Source of the DNA: an uncultured Candidatus Saccharibacteria bacterium
Lineage (GTDB): Bacteria; Patescibacteriota; Minisyncoccia; Phycocordibacterales; PALSA-1337
Assembly: GCA_964561875.1 (NCBI GenBank)
Contig: CAZLQL010000001.1
Coordinates: 5,191-68,759 of the forward strand
Direction: 5' to 3'
DNA: 63,569 bases
This document shows positions 1-7,454 of this stretch, in pieces (the stretch's first letter is position 1; the number at the start of each line of letters is the position of its first letter). The notes beneath the pieces were generated by a model. It saw only the letters and a program-made list of their open reading frames with translations. It was not told where the DNA came from and did no database searches. The translations under genes were made by a program, and so were the position numbers.

Positions 1-2
1 TT

Positions 3-101
3 TCAAATATGCTTCAGATATTCTCTATTATCATGGGTTCAGGAATAGTTCTAGGTGCTCTATCTAGTTATCTAGCTGTCAGAAGGTATTTGAAGGTTTA
101 G
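3..101 (+). CDS. 3' end of a gene starting upstream of the window; hydrophobic tail ...GSGIVLGALSSYLAVRRYLKV*, FtsX/permease-like C-terminus
   Basis: Frame 3 is open from the window edge to TAG 99-101 and is followed by an intrinsic terminator. Family guess rests only on the short C-terminal peptide. Confidence 0.35.
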   Translation, partial: SNMLQIFSIIMGSGIVLGALSSYLAVRRYLKV

Positions 102-114
102 TTTAAATTTATCA

Positions 115-152
115 AAAACCCGTATATACCGAAGGTAATACGGGGTTTTTTT
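115..152 (+). terminator. Rho-independent terminator
   Basis: Stem CCCGTAT (119-125) pairs with ATACGGG (138-144), followed by a T-run at 146-152. Confidence 0.6.
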
Positions 153-303
153 GTGACAAAATAGGTTCGCTCCCTTGCGTTCCGGAAGCTCCTTTTTCTT
201 TCGATCAAAGATCTCAGAAAAAGAACTTCCTGCACCGGTCGCTCACACTATTTTGTATATATAAATACATTTCCTAAAATCTGTGTGCTAATTAAAAATA
301 TTT

Positions 304-331
304 TTGCATTTAAAATTTGCTTTGCTAAAAT
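304..331 (+). promoter_or_regulatory. Sigma70-type promoter of pyrG; -10 ends 6 nt before the ATG (leaderless)
   Basis: TTGCAT (304-309), 16-nt spacer, TAAAAT (326-331), then GGGTAC and ATG at 338. Confidence 0.5.
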
Positions 332-337
332 GGGTAC

Positions 338-2185
338 ATGGCAAGCAGAAAACCGGCCCGACAGAAAAATTCAAAAAAGGTTGTAAAAAAGCAAGATAAG
401 AAAAAAGAAAAGAAAGTAGAAGCAACAAACAGCCAAAAGAAAGTTGTGGTAAAGAAAAAAAAGATAAACCACAAGTATATTTTTGTCATCGGCGGAGTTA
501 TGTCTGGTGTAGGAAAGGGGATTGCTACATCATCTATCGGTACACTACTCAATGCAAAAGGTTTTAAAGTAAATCTAGTTAAAGTTGATCCATATTTAAA
601 TATAGATGCAGGAACTATGAATCCTACAGAGCATGGAGAAGTTTTTGTGCTTGATTCTGGACTTGAGACAGATCAAGATATGGGAAATTATGAAAGATTT
701 CTAAACAGAGATCTTACTCATGAAGATTATATAACTAGTGGTATGGTATACAAGACAGTTATAGATAGAGAAAGAAATCTTGGTTATGGAGGAAAGTGTG
801 TAGAAGCTGTGCCACATATAAGAGATGAGATTGTAAGGAGGTTTGAAAATTCTGCAAGGATAAATAAATCAGATATAAGTATAGTTGAAATAGGGGGAAC
901 TGTGGGTGACTATCAAAACATAATGTTTATAGAAGCAGCGAGAGTGCTCAAGATTCGCCATCCAGATGACTGTATATTTATTATGGTTAGCTATCTTCCA
1001 ATACCAGGAAAAATAGGGGAAATGAAATCTCGTCCTACACAACATGCTGTAAGACAGTTGGCAGGATACGGAGTGCATACAGATATAATAATAGCCCGCT
1101 CAGAATTGCCAGTAGATGATAAGAGAAAAGAAAAGATAGCAGTATCATGCAATATCTTGCCAGAAAATGTTATATCGGCACCAGATATCGATAGTGTTTA
1201 TGATGTTCCATTAAACTTTGAAAAAGATAAACTAGGAAAAATAATATTAAAATCTTTAAGGATAGATGATATTCAGGGAGGAGAAGGTTTGGGTGAATGG
1301 TCTAGATTTGCAAAAGGAATAAAGAATCATAAAGACATAGTAGATATAGCAATAGTTGGAAAGTATTTTAATACAGGAGATTTTGTACTTACAGATTCAT
1401 ATTTATCTGTTATTGAATCTATAAAGTATTCTGCAAATTTAAATAAAGTAAAAGTAAAAATATCTACAATCAATGCTAGAGATTTTGAAAAAGAAAATCC
1501 AGATTATTCAGAATTAAATAAATTTGATGGAATAATAGTTCCTGGAGGTTTCGGTGAGACAGGTATAGAAGGAAAGCTCAATGTAATAAGATATTGTAGA
1601 GAAAATAAACTTCCATATTTTGGTCTTTGCTATGGTATGCAACTTATGACAATAGAATATGCTAGAAATGTTTTGGGTCTAGAAGGGGCTCATACAGCAG
1701 AAATAAACCCAAATGCTCCACATGTTGTGATAGATATAATGCCTGATCAAAAGAAAAAGATGGAAGAAAAGAACTACGGAGGTTCTATGAGACTAGGACT
1801 TTATCCAACAAAACTTTATCCAAATACAATAGCAAGACAAGCTTATGGTGTGCCACTTATAAAAGAAAGACATAGACATCGCTATGAGGTAAACCCAAGT
1901 TATATAGAAAAAATAGAAAAGGGAGGTTTGGTATTTTCTGGAAAATCACCAGATGAAACACTTATGGAAATAGCAGAACTACCTCGTGAAGTGCACCCAT
2001 TTTTCCTTGGAACACAATTCCATCCAGAATTCCTGGCGAGACCACTTCGTCCACATCCACTATTTAGTGAATTTATGAAAGCAAGTAAAGAAAATAGAAA
2101 AATAAAAGATAAAAAAGAAATAGAGAAAAATCAGGGACAAGTGGTGGTTGATAGAGAAGATAGTGATCTAGTAGTAGGGGAATAA
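338..2185 (+). CDS. pyrG: CTP synthase with a Lys-rich N-terminal extension of about 45 aa and a charged C-terminal tail
   Basis: KYIFVIGGVMSGVGKGI P-loop-like N-terminus. GATase domain motifs GLCYGMQ and HRHRYEV. An alternative in-frame GTG at 446 cannot be excluded. Confidence 0.93.
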   Translation: MASRKPARQKNSKKVVKKQDKKKEKKVEATNSQKKVVVKKKKINHKYIFVIGGVMSGVGKGIATSSIGTLLNAKGFKVNLVKVDPYLNIDAGTMNPTEHGEVFVLDSGLETDQDMGNYERFLNRDLTHEDYITSGMVYKTVIDRERNLGYGGKCVEAVPHIRDEIVRRFENSARINKSDISIVEIGGTVGDYQNIMFIEAARVLKIRHPDDCIFIMVSYLPIPGKIGEMKSRPTQHAVRQLAGYGVHTDIIIARSELPVDDKRKEKIAVSCNILPENVISAPDIDSVYDVPLNFEKDKLGKIILKSLRIDDIQGGEGLGEWSRFAKGIKNHKDIVDIAIVGKYFNTGDFVLTDSYLSVIESIKYSANLNKVKVKISTINARDFEKENPDYSELNKFDGIIVPGGFGETGIEGKLNVIRYCRENKLPYFGLCYGMQLMTIEYARNVLGLEGAHTAEINPNAPHVVIDIMPDQKKKMEEKNYGGSMRLGLYPTKLYPNTIARQAYGVPLIKERHRHRYEVNPSYIEKIEKGGLVFSGKSPDETLMEIAELPREVHPFFLGTQFHPEFLARPLRPHPLFSEFMKASKENRKIKDKKEIEKNQGQVVVDREDSDLVVGE

Positions 2186-2725
2186 ATGGAAAATATAATC
2201 ATAACAATACCAACAGTAGAGGATGTATGGGGAATACAAAATGTATACCACAAATCTTGGCTTGCTACATATCCAAATGATAAATACGGAATTACCGTAG
2301 ATGATATAGAACATTATTTTGTAGATTCATTTACAGAAGAGACTTTAAATAAAAGAAGACAAGCAATATTAAACCCAGATCCAGAATCAAAGATAAAAAA
2401 CTTTGTAGCAAAAGATAATGATAAGGTTGTCGGTGTATGTAGGATAGAAGTTTTACCAGAAAGAAATCAATTAAAGACTATTTATCTTTTACCTGAATAC
2501 TTTGGTAAAGGAATAGGTACGAAGCTATGGAATGAAGCAAAAAAATATTTTGATTCTAAAAATGATATTTATGTAGAACTAGCTGAGTATAATGATGGGG
2601 CAAAGGCATTTTATAAAAAACTAGGTTTTATGGATACAGGAAGAAGGTTCGTGGATGAAAAGTTTAGGAATAAAAGTGGTTCTATCACCCCTCAAATGGA
2701 GATGGTATTGAAAGCAGACAAATAA
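2186..2725 (+). CDS. GNAT family N-acetyltransferase
   Basis: Motif A-like LLPEYFGKGIGTKLWNEA. Start ATG directly abuts the pyrG stop (TAAATG). Confidence 0.8.
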   Translation: MENIIITIPTVEDVWGIQNVYHKSWLATYPNDKYGITVDDIEHYFVDSFTEETLNKRRQAILNPDPESKIKNFVAKDNDKVVGVCRIEVLPERNQLKTIYLLPEYFGKGIGTKLWNEAKKYFDSKNDIYVELAEYNDGAKAFYKKLGFMDTGRRFVDEKFRNKSGSITPQMEMVLKADK

Positions 2726-2734
2726 AAAGCAAAT

Positions 2735-2880
2735 AAAAAAGGTTGGACCCTTATCCCTTACAATCTCTTACGAAACGCTTGGGCAATATAAGAATCCAAC
2801 CTGATACCCGTGCCCTCTGGGTTGACGGATACCTAGCACTTCCGTGCCACTGTCTCTCCAATGCCTTTCGGCGGAGGACG
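2735..2880 (-). ncRNA. Candidate small structured RNA in the G+C-rich spacer between the GNAT gene and tRNA-Gln (family unknown)
   Basis: Minus-strand promoter-like TTGCAG (rc of 2910-2915), 17-nt spacer, TATTAT (rc of 2887-2892). Long imperfect hairpin closed by GGTTGGA/TCCAACC (2741-2747 with 2795-2801), followed on the minus strand by U6 (rc of 2735-2740). GGAA-capped stem GCAC/GTGC. The only ORF here (72 aa) has no SD. Confidence 0.25.
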
Positions 2881-2958
2881 TTGGATATAATATAACAATC
2901 AAGATTGTCCTGCAAGACCTCTTGAATATTGTCTATATTTAGCGTATTTTGTATGTAT

Positions 2959-3032
2959 TGCCAGATCATCTAATGGTAGGATGCAGCTCTCTGAAAGCTG
3001 TCATCTTGGTTCGAATCCAAGTCTGGCAGCCA
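2959..3032 (+). tRNA. tRNA-Gln(CTG), CCA encoded
   Basis: Cloverleaf by hand. Acceptor TGCCAGA/TCTGGCA with U1-A72 and G73, typical of bacterial tRNA-Gln. Anticodon stem CAGCT/AGCTG, loop CTCTGAA. T-loop TTCGAAT. Confidence 0.85.
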
Positions 3033-3033
3033 A

Positions 3034-3657
3034 ATGTTAAAAGAAATAATTCTTTCATTAATAACCGGTATTGTTTCGGCTGTTATCTATTCAATTATCC
3101 AAAATTTCTATCTTAACTATTATTGGTTTAAAACTAAATCAAAATTTTTAACCGAAATTAAACATTCAGTTTTAAAAATAAGATCTCTTGCAGTTACCAT
3201 ACTTGAGATTGACGTAATATATGATAATGGAGAAGAAAATGATCACTTAATGACAGACGAGGAATTATTGGAAGAGGTTAAGTTGTATAACATCTCCGAT
3301 ATTCAATTTAGTAAATTAAGTAAAGGTATTAGAAAAATTACAGAAGAAATTGAAAAAAGAAGGAGAGACACACTCAATATTTCTACCTTCACCCCAATGG
3401 AATTCCATACAGTAGATAAACTAATATTTTCAATGTCTAGTTTTTATGGTCTACATTCTTGGGTTGAAGATGAAATATTAGAAATTAATACGCAAGAGAA
3501 ATTAAAAGAAAAACTAATCGAAATTCTTATTTTAGCAGAAACAGTTAAATTTCCTGTTAATTTTTTTGATAAACTTATTAAGTATATTAATCTACAGAAG
3601 TTTTTATCAAAATCTCGTAGTATCCATTTAAATAAATATGATTCAATCCTTTTTTAA
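3034..3657 (+). CDS. Hypothetical protein: one N-terminal TM helix plus a charged helical cytoplasmic domain
   Basis: 207-aa ORF. ATG begins 1 nt after the tRNA-Gln CCA. The TM helix starts at residue 4, so the start cannot be far downstream. No family recognised. Confidence 0.6.
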   Translation: MLKEIILSLITGIVSAVIYSIIQNFYLNYYWFKTKSKFLTEIKHSVLKIRSLAVTILEIDVIYDNGEENDHLMTDEELLEEVKLYNISDIQFSKLSKGIRKITEEIEKRRRDTLNISTFTPMEFHTVDKLIFSMSSFYGLHSWVEDEILEINTQEKLKEKLIEILILAETVKFPVNFFDKLIKYINLQKFLSKSRSIHLNKYDSILF

Positions 3658-3754
3658 CAAAGTTCAAACTTCTTACCACACAGCCTGCCAACAAGAGTGT
3701 CGCTCGAGACGCGTCAATGTAATAGTTTTGTAGGTTTGCATAGACTTAGTAAAC

Positions 3755-4113
3755 ATGAAAAAAAGCGATATAATTATTTATATGTACCATCCTGATTATA
3801 AAAAGCCTTAGAGCTTATAACCGAAATTCATAAAAAGAATAATTCTAAAATAAATCCTTTAGTCAAAGATGTAAGGCTTGCAGTCTATTATTTACAGGGA
3901 GGTTGTATCACTCAAGCAAATTTTGCCCTGAAGGCATGGGCTACGGGTGATTTGAATACACCATTTCGTGTCAAAAGATTTATTGATGAATCAAAATTAC
4001 TAATATTTTGTTTAATCTATGTAAATGATAAAGATAGGGAAAGGTACTTAAGACAATTTTTTAAAGATGAAATTCTCACAATTAAACCAAAAAAAATGAG
4101 AAGGATATTTTAA
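3755..4113 (+). pseudogene. Frameshifted hypothetical gene (ATG frame stops at TAG 3809; the continuing frame is open 3802-4113)
   Basis: MKKSDIIIYMYHPDYKKP* in one frame. KALELITEIHKK...RERYLRQFFKDEILTIKPKKMRRIF* in the next frame. The switch coincides with the A5 run at 3800-3804. Confidence 0.45.
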
Positions 4114-4124
4114 CTAGAACTGGT

Positions 4125-4442
4125 ATGAAAAAAGACTATTTTGATACATGTTTAAAACATGCGGAGACATTAAGTCATGGTTTTTCAAAAGGTGTTCATC
4201 CAAATTTAGAGTCAGTCGCTTACAATTCTAATATAGATACCGGAGAGTTTGATTATGAAGCTGTTAATTTTGCTTGCTATCCTATTAAAAATTTTGATTT
4301 TGCCCATTATGTTATAATTCCAGCAATTGATAGAGTTTATATTGCTTCAGGTTTATTTAATACAAAAGAAGAGGAATTTAAAGAGGTCCTTAAAATTCGA
4401 GACAAGATTCAAACTATAGCCGTAAAGAATCTAAGTAAATAA
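4125..4442 (+). CDS. Hypothetical protein (105 aa)
   Basis: ORF only; island context; no recognisable motif. Confidence 0.45.
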   Translation: MKKDYFDTCLKHAETLSHGFSKGVHPNLESVAYNSNIDTGEFDYEAVNFACYPIKNFDFAHYVIIPAIDRVYIASGLFNTKEEEFKEVLKIRDKIQTIAVKNLSK

Positions 4443-4550
4443 ATTCAAATCTCGCGCTCAAGTTGCGTCAATATGGTAAACTAAAACTACTAAATTTTGC
4501 CAATCTGGGCTTGACCGACCACGGTTCTAGCTCGAGTCGGCCAGCTAGGT

Positions 4551-5252
4551 ATGGAGAATAAAATATTCAAAGGCGAACTTAAGTACTTAAACCCAAATAA
4601 GATCTTAAATATTAATGATGATCAAAAAGTTGATAGTTTTTTTCTCGCTTTAGGATTGATCTTTAATGATTTAAAAGGGATACATATTTTTGCACAAACT
4701 ATCCAGAATATTTATAAGAAACCTGAAGAAGTAGAAACAACTTATCATGCAGGCGAATACAATGGACTTATGTCACAATTAGATAGATTAACTATAGGAA
4801 TAATTTCAGAGTTTTTTGAATTAGTTAATAAACAAAAGGAAATTTTTAATGATATGAATTATAAGTCAATAATAAATAGTTTACATAAAGAGACTGTTAA
4901 TGATTGGAATATTATATTAAAAACAAATGATCAAATTCTTAGAAAAATAAGCAATATAAGATCAAATGTTGTACATCATTACGACTATCAAAATCTAGAA
5001 AGATTAAAAGAAGGTTATAATCATGCGTTTTTTGGACAAAGAAAAAAATTTCCTCAACATAAAAATGCTTTCTATTCAACAGGTAAAAAAATACAAGAAA
5101 TAAGATTTTTTTACTGTGACGCAGCGGCAGAAGATTATATTCACAAGACATTATCAGATAATGGTAAGTCTGATCTAAAAAAAATAACAAATAAACTGCT
5201 GGTAACTATAGGAAGTATTGTTATTGGATATGTTAAAATGAAAGATAAATAA
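4551..5252 (+). CDS. Hypothetical protein with an Rx4H (HEPN-like) motif
   Basis: 233-aa helical-looking protein. ISNIRSNVVHHYDY contains R-x4-H in the position and context typical of HEPN RNase domains (Abi-type). Assignment rests on this motif only. Confidence 0.5.
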   Translation: MENKIFKGELKYLNPNKILNINDDQKVDSFFLALGLIFNDLKGIHIFAQTIQNIYKKPEEVETTYHAGEYNGLMSQLDRLTIGIISEFFELVNKQKEIFNDMNYKSIINSLHKETVNDWNIILKTNDQILRKISNIRSNVVHHYDYQNLERLKEGYNHAFFGQRKKFPQHKNAFYSTGKKIQEIRFFYCDAAAEDYIHKTLSDNGKSDLKKITNKLLVTIGSIVIGYVKMKDK

Positions 5253-5276
5253 TTTAATATATTATAACATATCACT

Positions 5277-5723
5277 ATGAATTCATGGGCAAAAAATATT
5301 ACTTCAATAGATGAGGGAAGATATAGGACTATTAATGGAAATGCAGACGAATTAATCGGAATAGGAAGATGTATAAAGGCGGGTTTTGCTTGTTCAAAAG
5401 TAGAAATTACAAATGGAAGATATGATGCAGTAATTGATCCTGGCAATGGAGGTAGTTTAGTAAGAGTTCAAATAAAGGGAACTAGTTCAGGTTCAGTTGG
5501 CTTTACAGGTGGTGGAAGAAGTGGACAACAAATAAGTAGGGAAATAGAGCAAAAAACTTATAAATATACAAAACAAGATTGTGACTTTATCCTTGTTGTG
5601 GATAGTAATAATGGGGATTGTTATATTATTCCGATACAAGATACTGAAGTTTGGGGAGAGACAAAATCACTAAATACCCTAGGTGATTATAAAGAAAATT
5701 GGCAATTATTAACAAAAAAATAA
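5277..5723 (+). CDS. Small PD-(D/E)XK nuclease (PDDEXK_9/AF1548-like); candidate restriction endonuclease
   Basis: GNADELIGIGRCIKAGF...YDAVIDPGNGGSLVRVQIKGTS matches the D...(E/Q)xK core. Convergent with and 14 nt from the C5-methyltransferase gene. Confidence 0.6.
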   Translation: MNSWAKNITSIDEGRYRTINGNADELIGIGRCIKAGFACSKVEITNGRYDAVIDPGNGGSLVRVQIKGTSSGSVGFTGGGRSGQQISREIEQKTYKYTKQDCDFILVVDSNNGDCYIIPIQDTEVWGETKSLNTLGDYKENWQLLTKK

Positions 5724-5737
5724 ATATATAATATTTA

Positions 5738-6745
5738 CTATTTTGTTTTTGTTAATGAAAATTTAATATTTTTAACTTCTTTAAAATTCTTTTCCATTGT
5801 TTTATATATGTTTTGTGCAATTCTCTCTATAACTGGTACACTTACAGAATTGCCGAATTGTTTGTAAAGATGCGAGTCAGAAATATTAGGTATTTTGTAT
5901 GAATCAGGAAAGCCTTGTAGCCGAGCACACTCTCTTGGTGTAAGTTTTCTAATTCCTTTTTTGTCCTTTACTATCGGAACATTATGACCACCAGTACCCA
6001 TGTTTGCAGTCAGGGTAGGGCATACACCACTTTTATTTTGTCTTACATATTTTCTTCTCCATTGATATACACTACCAAGTTCAAAATCATATTTTATTAA
6101 TTTTTTATATAAAGGCTTGTCATTATAATAATATTTTTGATTAATTTTATTTGGATCCTCTAATATATCAGTGATATTTTTTATTCTTTCTATTTTTTCT
6201 GGAAATTCAAAATCATGTATAAGACCTGTATTTTTCTTAAAACCAACAATATAAATACGCTCTCTATTTTGAGGTATGTTTCCATAATACATACTATTTA
6301 ATATTTTAAATTTTATATAGTATCCTAGTTTATCCAGTGTTTTGCTTATAACTTTAAATGTATTACCATTATCATGGCTATATAAATTTTTTACATTTTC
6401 TAAAAGAAAACCTATAGGTTTTCTTTCATCAATAATTCTTGCAACATCAAAAAATAGATTGCCTCTTTCGTCTTTAAATCCTTTGCGATAACCTGCTACA
6501 GAAAAAGCTTGGCAAGGGAACCCGCCAATTAGAAAATCAAATTTAGGTAAATCATTAACCTTAATTTTTCGAATATCCAAAACTGTGAGTGGTGCTTGCG
6601 TAAAATTTAAATCATAAGTCTCTCTACATTTTGGCTCAAAATCATTAGCAAAAACAGTTTTAAACCCAGCTCTTTCAAAGCCTAATCTTATGCCACCTAT
6701 TCCAGCAAATAAGTCTATTGTTTTAATATCTTTAATATTGATCAT
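5738..6745 (-). CDS. dcm: DNA (cytosine-5)-methyltransferase
   Basis: Motif I DLFAGIGG, IV GFPCQAFS, VI ENVKNL, VIII QNRERIYIVG, X GNSVSVPV. Confidence 0.93.
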   Translation of the reverse strand: MINIKDIKTIDLFAGIGGIRLGFERAGFKTVFANDFEPKCRETYDLNFTQAPLTVLDIRKIKVNDLPKFDFLIGGFPCQAFSVAGYRKGFKDERGNLFFDVARIIDERKPIGFLLENVKNLYSHDNGNTFKVISKTLDKLGYYIKFKILNSMYYGNIPQNRERIYIVGFKKNTGLIHDFEFPEKIERIKNITDILEDPNKINQKYYYNDKPLYKKLIKYDFELGSVYQWRRKYVRQNKSGVCPTLTANMGTGGHNVPIVKDKKGIRKLTPRECARLQGFPDSYKIPNISDSHLYKQFGNSVSVPVIERIAQNIYKTMEKNFKEVKNIKFSLTKTK

Positions 6746-7078
6746 TATCTAAATTGTATCATTGTATATAAAAAAAGCAGCAAGAGTGTTATTAAACAAA
6801 CCCTCTATTTTTATGTAAAACTATTTTAAAATAATTTTCTGATAAGATATGTTTGGCTATTTAGATATCTTAGAATTTTACAGACACAATGCTTAATGAA
6901 TATTAGCCACACAAGACAATGAGGTTGAGGGTTAATATTTCGATTAAAAATATCAGAGAAGAAAAGAACACCATACCTCATAGACATGTATTCTTTGCTT
7001 TAATATACCGTTAATTTCAACTTTTTACAGAGCTAAAATATAGTTAACATAGATTATCTATACACCCCTCACTATTTA

Positions 7079-7107
7079 TTGACTTCTATGTACATATGTG
7101 ATATAGT
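7079..7107 (+). promoter_or_regulatory. Near-consensus sigma70 promoter of the G+C-rich two-gene cassette
   Basis: TTGACT (7079-7084), 17-nt spacer, TATAGT (7102-7107). Confidence 0.55.
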
Positions 7108-7177
7108 TTTAAGGTAGTCAAGAACTTGCGTGTGCAAGATTTCAAGATTCAAGTTCATTGAAAACAAAAGGAAGTTT

Positions 7178-7435
7178 ATGGAGGCTATCAAAGCCATAGT
7201 GCAGAGGATAGTCCCCGAGGGAAAACATGGACCCTTTTTTGTTACCACTTCAGACCAAGTCGATGGTTCAGTGACATGTTCACTTGATTCAACGGCGTGG
7301 TTGGAAGAGGAGTGGCCAGAAGTAGGAGAGTTTGTTTACCTTAGTAGACTACGACAAAAGCGCGCTGGATGGCGCGCGAAAGAAGGACGGTTTTGGAAAT
7401 TGTCCGACGAGCAAAAAAAGCAAACAGAAACCTAG
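7178..7435 (+). CDS. Hypothetical small protein (85 aa), G+C-rich ORFan
   Basis: ATG 7178 is preceded by AAGGAAG. The GTG at 7130 in the ORF track lacks an SD. Confidence 0.55.
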   Translation: MEAIKAIVQRIVPEGKHGPFFVTTSDQVDGSVTCSLDSTAWLEEEWPEVGEFVYLSRLRQKRAGWRAKEGRFWKLSDEQKKQTET

Positions 7436-7454
7436 AAAAGAGAAAGAAGAAGAA

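Noticed and set aside
325-552. 75-aa minus-strand ORF over the pyrG 5' end
   Set aside because: It is the antisense frame of the Lys-rich (A-rich) coding region, which gives a poly-Phe artefact.
2751-2969. 72-aa minus-strand ORF, and identification of the spacer as SRP RNA, RNase P, tmRNA or 6S
   Set aside because: The ORF has no SD and overlaps the tRNA-Gln 5' end. I could not find the conserved SRP domain IV (GGAA...AGCA), RNase P (GAGGAAAGUCC) or tmRNA motifs.
7332-7454. N-terminal 41 codons of ORF 7332-9005, and GTG 7130 as the start of the small gene
   Set aside because: They overlap the preceding gene or lack an SD. ATG 7455 and ATG 7178 have purine-rich SD-like sequences at proper spacing.
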